Shown here: positions 19,981-28,703 of the stretch, piece after piece
Layout: the number at the start of each line of letters is the position of its first letter
Position numbering within the stretch: the stretch's first letter is position 1
From: a virus
Lineage: Duplodnaviria > Caudoviricetes
Direction: 5' to 3' (one strand)
IMG/VR virus record: IMGVR_UViG_3300005253_000610
Location: 1-61,224 of that record
Length of the DNA stretch: 61,224 bases
Notes under the pieces: model-generated
What the model saw: the letters and a program-made list of their open reading frames with translations, nothing else
The model's database searches: none
Told to the model about the DNA's origin: nothing
Translations under genes and position numbers: made by a program

Positions 19981-21033
19981 CTATGTAACATCATCCGGTC
20001 TGCTCTGCTTCCTTGCTTCTTCTGTTCCACTAGCACCGCCTTCCGCCTCCCAATTTGCTAGCTGATCTTCTGGCACGGTATCTAGTTTCCACGTAGTTTC
20101 ATCCTTAGCAATGTGTTCAGCCTGTGTAATATATTGCTTGTCCGCCTTACTTTTAACCTTAGCAACCTCTACCTCTGTATTCTTTTCCTTCCCGTCTGCG
20201 TCCCAAATATAATTCTCACAATCTATTAGCGCACCAACCTGACAACTGCTGCACTCCCACGTATATGCCGGGCTTCTAGCGCCCTCCTCCATTCCAGTAA
20301 GGGGGGGCATTTCCGACCCTTCGGTAATCATCTTCCGCCGATGCAACTCCTTAATCCAATCGGGTAGGCGATCAGGGTTGAACACTACACGATAGGCATC
20401 CAGTGCTGCTTGTGGGGGCTTCGGCTTCCAGCCCTTCTTACGTGAGCCATAATCCCCCATTAGCCATTTGGCTACGATCCGTGCATAGGGGGCAGTGGTC
20501 CAGTGCGCTAGCTTAGCAAAGGCGAAGTATGTCCTTAGCTGGTCAATCCACCACGGTGCAGACTCAGGGCCATTCTTCCTACTCTTACGGGTTTCCTTAG
20601 CCTCATGGATGATCCCATCTACTATGTAGTCGGGAGTAAATACAAGCCACCGTTCGTCACATACGGGACAGGTGGCTGCTTCCTTCTCTCCTCTGATACG
20701 TGCGGGCATACTCCCCACAGCCTGACACTTCCAGCAGTATGTCGAAGCGGCCTGCCTCTCACCCTCCGATACGAGGTCCTCGAACATCAACCCGCCTGTC
20801 CAGGTCAGGATTGTGTTGTCGTCTATATCATTAAGCAGGCCATCCGGCGCATCCATCTTCCCATTCTCGATCTGCAACCTAGTCCAAGATTTTCTCAGGC
20901 ACATGAAGAGATCGGATGCATGCGTAGCATTGCGGGGGCCGGACGAGCCATAGCGATCCCTTACGCGGTCGTTGAGGTATGCTGTGTACTCAGTATCTAA
21001 CTCAATGGTGTAGTCGTCATCTGTCCAAGCCAT
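19981..21033 (-). CDS. PD-(D/E)XK / Cas4-like exonuclease
   Basis: HASDL.CLRK, TPD...HEAKET, QL..Y, C..C C-terminal cluster; SD AAGGAG before ATG 21033. Confidence 0.7.
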   Translation of the reverse strand: MAWTDDDYTIELDTEYTAYLNDRVRDRYGSSGPRNATHASDLFMCLRKSWTRLQIENGKMDAPDGLLNDIDDNTILTWTGGLMFEDLVSEGERQAASTYCWKCQAVGSMPARIRGEKEAATCPVCDERWLVFTPDYIVDGIIHEAKETRKSRKNGPESAPWWIDQLRTYFAFAKLAHWTTAPYARIVAKWLMGDYGSRKKGWKPKPPQAALDAYRVVFNPDRLPDWIKELHRRKMITEGSEMPPLTGMEEGARSPAYTWECSSCQVGALIDCENYIWDADGKEKNTEVEVAKVKSKADKQYITQAEHIAKDETTWKLDTVPEDQLANWEAEGGASGTEEARKQSRPDDVT

Positions 21034-21189
21034 CGTACTCCTTTTGATGGGTCTTACAGAGCTTGCCAAATCCTAGTACAATATTATGGCAGCCATATAG
21101 CGCACAGTAATAATATGTCTTCATGCTTCCTCCCTAGAATCCTACGGTCGTAACAGAGGGGCCGTGATCACACCGACCCCCCATCCCCG

Positions 21190-21402
21190 TTAACCTACTT
21201 TCTGATAGGCTACAACCATAACTTTGTTAAGGCGGATCAAATATTGTTCCCTTACCTTAACTGTCGGATCATCCTTATACTTCTCTTGCATCTCTTCAAA
21301 AGTATCAGAATGTTCGTCCACGATATGCTCCTCAATGATGTTATGGCTATTCTTCCAGAAGTAGATTGAGAAAACGAATCTTCCGGGCAGTCTTACCAAC
21401 AT
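21190..21402 (-). CDS. Hypothetical protein
   Basis: ORF with SD AGGA. Confidence 0.4.
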   Translation of the reverse strand: MLVRLPGRFVFSIYFWKNSHNIIEEHIVDEHSDTFEEMQEKYKDDPTVKVREQYLIRLNKVMVVAYQKVG

Positions 21403-21406
21403 CCTA

Positions 21407-22249
21407 CTATGCTATTCCCATGACGCCGCTCTTGGCGTCAATTGTGATCGCCCCCTGTCCTTGAAGCTCCTTCAGCAACTCCTGTGTAGCAATACCATTC
21501 AGGACCACAGGAAGGCGGACGTTCTGTGGAAGAGCTGCGATAATCCCTGCTACGTCATCAACCTTCTGCCCAGCCAAGAGGTTAGGCAGTAGGTCAATAG
21601 CAGTCTGTTCGTCCAACAGCGTTACCGCTCCCTCACTTGAGGGAGGTACGCCCTCTGTACTACCGTCTGCGGGTACGTCCTCCTGCCTTGCCCGTGCCTG
21701 GAAGACTACCTTCTCCCCATCGAACGCGAACTCTGGTGGGAGTACACTTACGGGCTCAAGCACTCTACTTATAGTAATCGTACCAACTGCTAGTTTTTGG
21801 TAGTAGTCAAACATCGCCTTCTTGCCTACTAATACAGAAGTCGGTTGAACAGTACCAAACACGTTTTTGTACGCATTTGTTACACGCCATTCTTTCGGAT
21901 AACGACTAGATATAGGAACAAGCCCACCACGTCCATCATTGACGTGGACATTAAACTTCTTCATATCAATTGCGTCGAAAGGACCTGACCCATAGAGAAC
22001 ATCTGTTTGCGCTCCGTCCAACTCGTGGCGAATTGCATCTAACCGCTTAACTTGGACATTCCACTGCGGCAAATCTTCGGTAATCTCTGGGCGGTACAAA
22101 CTTTCCTTTCGATACCGCTCGTCTGCTAAACGAAATTCGCTTATGATAATTTCCCCTGGAAAAGTCTCTTTCGGGTCTTCCCAGGTTGCGGGGTCAATAC
22201 TGATCCCCGGAAACGACGTGTCCAATCCTACTGGGTCTTGTTCTGGCAA
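21407..22249 (-). CDS. Hypothetical protein, possibly ssDNA-binding
   Basis: TTG start with SD GGAGG; acidic; position in recombination module (inference). Confidence 0.45.
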   Translation of the reverse strand: MPEQDPVGLDTSFPGISIDPATWEDPKETFPGEIIISEFRLADERYRKESLYRPEITEDLPQWNVQVKRLDAIRHELDGAQTDVLYGSGPFDAIDMKKFNVHVNDGRGGLVPISSRYPKEWRVTNAYKNVFGTVQPTSVLVGKKAMFDYYQKLAVGTITISRVLEPVSVLPPEFAFDGEKVVFQARARQEDVPADGSTEGVPPSSEGAVTLLDEQTAIDLLPNLLAGQKVDDVAGIIAALPQNVRLPVVLNGIATQELLKELQGQGAITIDAKSGVMGIA

Positions 22250-22297
22250 TTTAGTTTACCTCCATTAAGATATCTGGTTGATGTATGCAATTGTAGT

Positions 22298-22642
22298 CTA
22301 TTGCTTAGAACCTCCTCCTTTCTTCTTGGTATTCTCCTCTGCTACTTGGTCTAATATCATTTTCGCAATCTCATGCAGCCAAAACTGTCGCTGCACATAG
22401 CTACTCTGTACTTCAATTGGGGGCAATGGCACCACAACACCCTTCGTGGGCGTCAAGGTAGACTTTCGCTCGTATGAAATACTGAGACCTAGTTGCGAAC
22501 CGGTCTTTACAGGTCGAACAGTAAGAACTGAAACAACGTTCGTCATGGCCAGTACATCAGCCAGATCAGACTTTAATAAGTCCGGCAAGAAGTCTAGAAA
22601 GGCAGACTCCTTCAACAGGGGCTTCTTATTAAATAGCCACAT
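22298..22642 (-). CDS. Hypothetical protein
   Basis: ATG 22642 with SD GAGG. Confidence 0.5.
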   Translation of the reverse strand: MWLFNKKPLLKESAFLDFLPDLLKSDLADVLAMTNVVSVLTVRPVKTGSQLGLSISYERKSTLTPTKGVVVPLPPIEVQSSYVQRQFWLHEIAKMILDQVAEENTKKKGGGSKQ

Positions 22643-22643
22643 T

Positions 22644-24308
22644 TTATCCTCTCTCCTTAAACCATTTGAACACTTCCCTGAAGTGCGTAGGTACATAGCC
22701 TCTCTGATACAAGGCATGAAAATTCCCATCTAGTATAAACGTCACCCCCTTATCATCCGGTGCCCTCACTGCCCGACCGCACGCTTGTATCACGGTGTTC
22801 AGCGCATCAGCATCATAGCTCTGCCGTCCGAACGGTACACCCGCTACGTGATAGTCCTTCCTTGCACGTACTACGGGATCGGACAGGTCTGCATAGGGAA
22901 CCTTGGCTATTACTTGGAAGCCTATCTCATAGGGGATGTCTACTCCTGTTGCGAGAGACGGGGAGAGAACGATCATGGGCCGTCGATCAGTCTGTAAGAT
23001 TTCGATCATGGTCTCCTTCCGTGCTGATCCCCCTTCTTGCGTCTGCATGATGTAGCGGATGAAAGGCTTATCGGCATTTATCTCTTTCTCAAGCAACCTT
23101 ACAAAGAGTTCTCTCGTTATACGGAACGATCCCGTATGTATGATCCCCTTCTTCCTCTGCAACCCGTCCTGCTCAGCAAGCCATGAGATGGCAGCCGCTA
23201 GGTGATCCCACCCCTCACTGTCCGTCTTCCTATTTACCTTCTCCACCGGCCAGTAAAAGACAGGACGGTTCTCTTTGGGAAAGTATGAGGGGACTTCTAT
23301 GTGTACCCACTCATCATCCGGTAGCGCAAGTTTCCTTGCAAGAATCTTCGGGTCCCCTAGCGTAGCCGACATGATGAGGGCCTGCTTGAAGGCGAAGAAC
23401 AGGGTCTTCTGTGCTACAGCCCAGCCCCATACAGGCCGGATACGTATGAAATATTTATCCTCTATCACTACCCAATCATCAGTGTCCGGCATATTGTTAA
23501 GCATGTTCACAGTATCCATGAAGGACTGGGCCGAACGGTAATCCTTCAGCACTGTACTAGAGGGAGAATGGTCACACTCCTTACAATGCACTGATGCGTG
23601 ATCACATAACGCCTTCCCGCTTCGGGTCTGTAACCACCCTACTACCCGCATCCGTACATCCTTAGCCCATGTAACAAAGTCCTGTACGCTAGCATTATAT
23701 CTGGGGGCATCGAACGTCTTCGCTGTCTGCCTATTCAGTGTCACAGTCACGGCGTCAATGATCGCCTGCTCAGCCAGGTCCCCCTCATCACATACGAGTA
23801 GGTCACGACGGAAGGGATTACGTGTCATCTTCCTAATCCCCTTCGCCCTTACTATCCTTGTAGCATACGCATAGTTTAGTACAGCTTGTGGACTATCCGC
23901 TGCTGCATACAAGGCACGATAGTAGGAGCAGCCATCCGGCGCGGGGGCTATGTACTCGCAGTCTGCGCCCTGAGCACACGGAGCGTTCTCTGCTGTGGCA
24001 TTGATAGCCTTTAGCTGGTCCAGCTCACACATATGGTTACTCCGCCCTGTAACTACCTTCGCCCAGTCCATAGTCTTAAGGCACTGCTCCTGAAGCTGCT
24101 TTGTGTGTACAGTGTATACGGATTCCACACCCAGTAACCTCTGTACTGCGGAGGCGACAAGGGTCTTACCCGATCCTGTAGGCGCAGTGAGGAGCACATA
24201 CTTGTACTCCTGAAAGGCAGTAAGGATCGCTTCTACTGTATCCCTCTGTCCTGGACGCCAGGCATCAAAAGGAAGACCGAGATCGCGTGGTGTTTCTGGT
24301 GTTTGCAT
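22644..24308 (-). CDS. DinG/Rad3-like SF2 helicase
   Basis: Q motif RPGQ, APTGSGKT, Cys cluster, DEGD, MSATL, TGVDIP, QACGRAVR...D.G. Confidence 0.85.
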   Translation of the reverse strand: MQTPETPRDLGLPFDAWRPGQRDTVEAILTAFQEYKYVLLTAPTGSGKTLVASAVQRLLGVESVYTVHTKQLQEQCLKTMDWAKVVTGRSNHMCELDQLKAINATAENAPCAQGADCEYIAPAPDGCSYYRALYAAADSPQAVLNYAYATRIVRAKGIRKMTRNPFRRDLLVCDEGDLAEQAIIDAVTVTLNRQTAKTFDAPRYNASVQDFVTWAKDVRMRVVGWLQTRSGKALCDHASVHCKECDHSPSSTVLKDYRSAQSFMDTVNMLNNMPDTDDWVVIEDKYFIRIRPVWGWAVAQKTLFFAFKQALIMSATLGDPKILARKLALPDDEWVHIEVPSYFPKENRPVFYWPVEKVNRKTDSEGWDHLAAAISWLAEQDGLQRKKGIIHTGSFRITRELFVRLLEKEINADKPFIRYIMQTQEGGSARKETMIEILQTDRRPMIVLSPSLATGVDIPYEIGFQVIAKVPYADLSDPVVRARKDYHVAGVPFGRQSYDADALNTVIQACGRAVRAPDDKGVTFILDGNFHALYQRGYVPTHFREVFKWFKERG

Positions 24309-24565
24309 TACTTCGTAGTCAACTGCTTACCAACAATAGCACTACCCGCTTCGAGAAGTCCTAAGGTCTGCACAATCCCCCCCTGCCCAGCCATCGCTAG
24401 AAGAATCTGCCCAGCATCGGTGATTGCGATAGCGATTACTGCCGTTGCCCGTGCTGTGGTTGCCTGTCCACTGAATTCTCGCAACGCTTTGGTAACAGGT
24501 GTATCAAGGGGGATCGCCTGCTTCTTCAACGTATCAAGATTGGGAACGTTCTCATCGTCAGTCAT
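24308..24565 (-). CDS. Hypothetical protein
   Basis: Coupled ORF. Confidence 0.5.
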   Translation of the reverse strand: MTDDENVPNLDTLKKQAIPLDTPVTKALREFSGQATTARATAVIAIAITDAGQILLAMAGQGGIVQTLGLLEAGSAIVGKQLTTK

Positions 24566-24782
24566 TTAACCAATCCTTTGCCACTTGTATGCGACGATAC
24601 TTTCGATCTAAAGTATTAATAAGGCGGTTATACCGTGACCACAGTTCTTGTACCTCCAACAGTGCTATCGAGTCCTTGTCCCTAACTGAAGCTAACAACG
24701 GTTTCCGAACATTACTATCGCGCTCAGCTCGCCAAGTGCGTAGTTCCTCAGGCGTCACGTCTACATCTAGACTAGTATCCAC
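24558..24782 (-). CDS. Coiled-coil hypothetical protein
   Basis: SD GGAGGT. Confidence 0.5.
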   Translation of the reverse strand: MDTSLDVDVTPEELRTWRAERDSNVRKPLLASVRDKDSIALLEVQELWSRYNRLINTLDRKYRRIQVAKDWLND

Positions 24783-24810
24783 ACTACCTACCTCCTACTC
24801 TAACCCTACC

Positions 24811-25122
24811 CTACTTCTCTTGGTCTGTCAAGTCTGTCAGCAACTCCTGGACAGCTAGCAGGACGACATCTACGTCTTTCAGGTGTACGCGCTGGGCCTG
24901 TGCGTAGAGTCGGTTGTTCTCAGGTGTTGCTAGGCCGTGCTTAATATAGTCAGCAGCGTGGTGGTGCATGTTCCTGAGAGCCACTAACTCCCGCAACACC
25001 TGGGGCCAAAGACTGCCTAACTTGTCGCCAAGAACGCTGCAACCCTCATATCGGAGGGGGCTCAGCACCCCGTCTAGTGTCGCCACCACTGCCAGAAGTG
25101 TCTTAGTGTCTAATTCTCTCAT
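24811..25122 (-). CDS. Hypothetical protein
   Basis: ATGA coupling at 25122. Confidence 0.5.
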   Translation of the reverse strand: MRELDTKTLLAVVATLDGVLSPLRYEGCSVLGDKLGSLWPQVLRELVALRNMHHHAADYIKHGLATPENNRLYAQAQRVHLKDVDVVLLAVQELLTDLTDQEK

Positions 25123-25769
25123 GTGCCTATATCCCTGCCTTTCCTCAATGACTCCCACGCATCCATCCACTTCTGCGCCATGATTGCATGTGGCGGATAG
25201 GGAGATGCGGGATCGTTATAGTTCGGGCTACCAGCTAACAGGCGTATCAGTGACCAGAAGGCAGACACATGCGCTGCCGATACCAGTACCCTCTTCTCCG
25301 CCTGAGTAGGCAGCTCATCAAGATACTCTGTAACACCTTTGAGGATATTAGATGCCGAATCAATATCCCCCACGTCCTCGATGTTATTGATCACATCCCC
25401 CCATGTGCGGAACATCGACTCATACTCTTCCCGCTTGAGGTTACGCCTGTGTATCGCATCCATCTGCGACTCCCGCTTGAACCGATCAAATGGCCTAGAG
25501 GGGTTCGCGCTTATATAAGATACGATCAGGTGCTCTATCGCAAACCGTATCGCCCACTCCTCATCACGGTAGAACTGTTCCCGTACCATGCGATTCCACC
25601 CGCTGAGCGCCTCGTCTGTAAGGTGTGGCATCTCGATCCGTGACCGCTTGTGGTCCCGACGCTGATACTCCGGCATCCCAGATAGGGGTGGGCAATCCCA
25701 CTGATTAGGATCACGGAACGGTATGAGGAATGCGGGGGGTACAGTGATGTCTTTGTCCTTCTCCTCCAC
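25119..25769 (-). CDS. Hypothetical protein (possible ribbon-helix-helix-like N-terminal half)
   Basis: 216-aa ORF in operon. Confidence 0.5.
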   Translation of the reverse strand: MEEKDKDITVPPAFLIPFRDPNQWDCPPLSGMPEYQRRDHKRSRIEMPHLTDEALSGWNRMVREQFYRDEEWAIRFAIEHLIVSYISANPSRPFDRFKRESQMDAIHRRNLKREEYESMFRTWGDVINNIEDVGDIDSASNILKGVTEYLDELPTQAEKRVLVSAAHVSAFWSLIRLLAGSPNYNDPASPYPPHAIMAQKWMDAWESLRKGRDIGT

Positions 25770-25961
25770 CTATCCCCCTAACAGCCTAACCATTAGCCAG
25801 AAACTTATCCCCGCAAACGTACCAGAGATACATCCTGCAATCACCCGCTCTGCTACGTCCTTCCAGTTTATGTGTCCCCGCCAGCGGAACGGCCCTACGT
25901 AGTGCGCCTTCATATGGTCAGCTAAGTAGTCCCAGTAATCCTCTATTGTTGGTTCAACCAC
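25770..25961 (-). CDS. Small membrane protein
   Basis: C-terminal hydrophobic helix. Confidence 0.5.
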   Translation of the reverse strand: MVEPTIEDYWDYLADHMKAHYVGPFRWRGHINWKDVAERVIAGCISGTFAGISFWLMVRLLGG

Positions 25962-26193
25962 CTACGCACCCTCCACATCCACAGTCCTTCCCATGCAGCG
26001 GCTTCAGTCCTGCCCAGAATGCTGCCAGCTCTACACACTTTATACACACACAATCTATGTCATGTGTTGGACCTACGGGCATTCTAACCTTTCTGTCGGG
26101 CAGCGCGTCGTCCTCTAGCGTTTCTGGTTTTCTTCTTCGTATCTTCGCTCGGCCTCTTACCTTTAGCCCTGTCTTCCGCCGCACGGTTGACAT
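25954..26193 (-). CDS. Basic, Cys/His-rich small protein
   Basis: Two H..DC.C..C repeats; SD GGAGG. Confidence 0.5.
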   Translation of the reverse strand: MSTVRRKTGLKVRGRAKIRRRKPETLEDDALPDRKVRMPVGPTHDIDCVCIKCVELAAFWAGLKPLHGKDCGCGGCVGG

Positions 26194-26578
26194 CTAGCCC
26201 GGCCTCCTTTACTTCCTTCCGCCCCTCTTCATAGAGGTAGGGGCGTGTGTTCTTGTTATACTCATGTGATTCCTTAGCAATGTCATCCCATACCTCAACT
26301 GCTTCATCGGTCTTCAGTCCTGCCGTGGACTTAGGATCGGGCGGGTTGGGGACATAGACCGTCTTCGTGAACCCATCACCCTTGAAGGATACATACTGGT
26401 CACGGTAGACAGGTACACGCTTAGCTGGAAGGCCACAACAATGTAAGGTTACAGGGTAGTCGTCTCCCTCAAAGTCTGGGATACCACATACCGCTTGACA
26501 GGGTATAGTATCATCTTCGTACGAACCGACTGCTTCAAACATGTGCTCCTCAGAGCACTTGTAGTCATATCGAGGCAA
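26084..26578 (-). CDS. FmdB-family zinc-ribbon protein (TTG start at 26578)
   Basis: MPRYDYKCSEEHMFEA...PC...CCG.PAKRVPVYR; similar to 6296..6637. Confidence 0.7.
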   Translation of the reverse strand: MPRYDYKCSEEHMFEAVGSYEDDTIPCQAVCGIPDFEGDDYPVTLHCCGLPAKRVPVYRDQYVSFKGDGFTKTVYVPNPPDPKSTAGLKTDEAVEVWDDIAKESHEYNKNTRPYLYEEGRKEVKEAGLDVNRAAEDRAKGKRPSEDTKKKTRNARGRRAARQKG

Positions 26579-27002
26579 GAGCTGCCCCCCTCCGCTCACG
26601 CTGACGAAGCGTTCTACATCGTTGGCAGTAGCGACGCCTACTAGTAAATCTGTCAAACGCGTGCCCACGCTGACACAGATCAGATGGGTACTTAATAAAC
26701 CAATTGGAGGTACGGCCCTTACGTGCTGCGTCTTGCATGTTATCTTGATTAGTCCCTAGAAAGAGATGGCCTGGATTTGCACAGGGCGGATTGTCGCAAT
26801 GGTGTAGCACAAAGAGCCCATCAGGGATCGATCCCACCAATAAACGATAGGCTAATCGGTGTGTATACTCAAGGTGCTTATTAACAGACATCTGCCCATA
26901 GCCCTTTCCACTACAGGCACGCACCCACGGCCAGCAATCGTTGGGATGGCCAATTTGGATACCATCAAAAAATCTATCCACTACTGAACTTGCCCTAGAC
27001 AT
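26565..27002 (-). mobile_element. Free-standing HNH homing endonuclease (HNH_3-like)
   Basis: CWPW...GYG...HRLAY...VLHHCDNPPCANPGHLFLGTNQDNMQD; C-terminal C.RGH...C..C. Confidence 0.85.
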
Positions 27003-27054
27003 ACTGTGCCTCGAAGGTGTGGCCTTCATCACATGTAAAATCATAACGGGGCAT
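26995..27054 (-). pseudogene. Orphaned 5' fragment of the FmdB-like gene, cut off by the HNH insertion
   Basis: MPRYDFTCDEGHTFEAQYV*, SD GAGGT; 11/16 aa identical to the start of 26084..26578. Confidence 0.7.
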
Positions 27055-27149
27055 CATGTACCTCTATATAAATAGCAGCCGAGCGTAAGCGTGTTGGACT
27101 ATCGCTTAGTAATCCAATACCACACAACAGCAGTCATATCTAGGGATAA

Positions 27150-27317
27150 CTAATCTCCGTCCCACCAGGAGGGATCACGTGTAACAGCTAGCCTACTAAG
27201 TGCCGTCTTAAGCCCAGATGAAGGTGTTGATACTTGGTCCAGCATGTGGACTACAACATCAATGCGTTTTTGCATCTCTAGTAATCTACTCAACCGTACT
27301 GTAACTAGTGTTTCCAT
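27150..27317 (-). CDS. Hypothetical protein
   Basis: SD GGAGG within junction repeat. Confidence 0.5.
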   Translation of the reverse strand: METLVTVRLSRLLEMQKRIDVVVHMLDQVSTPSSGLKTALSRLAVTRDPSWWDGD

Positions 27318-27481
27318 TATAACCCCCACCTCCAAAGTGTATACATAACTCGCTTCCACCACGAGCTACCTTCATAAAGCCTTACCTCCCCACAAATACA
27401 GGGCGTGTAGAGGTGTGGTATATGATATCGCGTCAACTCGACGGACCAACTATGTCTGCCCAGCCCCGTCTCACACTTCAT
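27317..27481 (-). CDS. Small Cys/His hypothetical protein
   Basis: SD GGAGG within junction repeat; C...H.W...C.CG. Confidence 0.5.
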   Translation of the reverse strand: MKCETGLGRHSWSVELTRYHIPHLYTPCICGEVRLYEGSSWWKRVMYTLWRWGL

Positions 27482-27498
27482 AATAGCCCCAACCTCCA
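27478..27498 (-). repeat. 21-bp direct repeat copy 1 (gene junction)
   Basis: TCATAATAGCCCCAACCTCCA, identical at 27945..27965. Confidence 0.9.
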
Positions 27499-27948
27499 AA
27501 CTAAAATCACGCTAGGGAATGGTGCTGGACCGTCTTGTCCGCCGAACTTCAACCTCCCCTTAATAAACCGTGGCGTCAGTACGCCTTCAACATACTCGTG
27601 CCACCATTTGACATCAGTTGTAGCCTTCAGCAGGCCCACAACCAGTGCAGCATTACCGGCCTCTACCTCATATGCAGCCTTAGCGATCCAGTCCCCTACC
27701 CCTTTACCGTAAGGCGGATTCATAAAGACTTTCCCATCCCATACACGAGCGAGGCCGTCCATCCCAACTGAACCATCGAAGAGTCTACCGCCCGCATCAA
27801 GGACTCGCTCAACTGTATACTGCCCTCGTGTTCCACACGGGTCTAGATCAAATCCATTGAACTCTGCCCATAGTTCATCAAATAAATCACGAGGCGTCTC
27901 CCAGTCAGCTCCTTGTGATGGGAGTATGTACCCCCTATCCCCACTCAT
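27478..27948 (-). CDS. Phage DNA N6-adenine methyltransferase (Dam-phage family)
   Basis: WETP..LFD.L..EF..FDLDPC, VFMNPPYG, T...WW, GRLKF...APF. Confidence 0.9.
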   Translation of the reverse strand: MSGDRGYILPSQGADWETPRDLFDELWAEFNGFDLDPCGTRGQYTVERVLDAGGRLFDGSVGMDGLARVWDGKVFMNPPYGKGVGDWIAKAAYEVEAGNAALVVGLLKATTDVKWWHEYVEGVLTPRFIKGRLKFGGQDGPAPFPSVILVWRLGLL

Positions 27949-27965
27949 AATAGCCCCAACCTCCA
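27945..27965 (-). repeat. 21-bp direct repeat copy 2 (gene junction)
   Basis: Identical to 27478..27498. Confidence 0.9.
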
Positions 27966-28634
27966 TAGTTTGATGTGGTCCGCCGTCAGGTACAGGTGCG
28001 CCTTGATCCCATACCCCGCTGCCTGCACCTTACGCCAGAACCAGATGTCTTCCGTTCCTCGTAAGTGTCCTTCTTGGTCATGTTCCATATGGAACCAGGG
28101 CCTAGATACCATACCAAAAATAGGAGCCTCATCGTCTAACTTGGTCCCTGCTAGTTCCATAATATGGGTCCGGTCCTTCTGCCTTACATCAAACAAGCTA
28201 CGAGGCAGCAAGGCACCTGACATCCCCGTCATATCTACATCAATGGTCCCCTGTCTCGCATACGTAACTGGAACAAACGGGTTCTCTGGTACTACAATTG
28301 TACTACCAGATTTTGTAGCATCATTATACGCCATCGGATGCGGCCTATTGCTCTCGTCCACTGCCATGCAGGGTGCAACATGGATGCTGTATGAGTCCTC
28401 CTCTGTCATGCCTAAGAGGGTTTCGATTGTCCCCGGTACAGGGATCACATCAAAGTCCACAATAAATAGATAGTCATGTGATGTAGCAAGGAACCGTTCT
28501 GCCTGTACATTCCTCTGATGCTCTATGGTATACGGTCCCTTCACAATATCAACAGGGTACGGCTGCTCACACATCCACTGTGCTGTCTCAGCATGGATGA
28601 CTTCGCGGGTGATGCAGCTAATCAATACACTCAT
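27945..28634 (-). CDS. GT-A (GT2-like) glycosyltransferase, related to 18241..18930
   Basis: QRN...FL...DYLFIVDFD, G.SGALL.R..F, PWF, TEDIWFW.K...GY, H.K. Confidence 0.8.
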   Translation of the reverse strand: MSVLISCITREVIHAETAQWMCEQPYPVDIVKGPYTIEHQRNVQAERFLATSHDYLFIVDFDVIPVPGTIETLLGMTEEDSYSIHVAPCMAVDESNRPHPMAYNDATKSGSTIVVPENPFVPVTYARQGTIDVDMTGMSGALLPRSLFDVRQKDRTHIMELAGTKLDDEAPIFGMVSRPWFHMEHDQEGHLRGTEDIWFWRKVQAAGYGIKAHLYLTADHIKLWRLGLL

Positions 28635-28703
28635 GCGAATAGCACCCAACCTACCCATACTCCTATACTAACACCGAAGGCATAGCTGCTCAATGCTATA
28701 ACC

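Noticed and set aside
19981-21033. CRISPR-Cas locus (Cas4-like gene)
   Set aside because: No repeat-spacer array or other cas genes seen; solo Cas4-like exonucleases are common in phage recombination modules
26565-27054. Group I intron containing the HNH
   Set aside because: Almost no non-coding sequence for a ribozyme core, and the downstream gene has its own complete start
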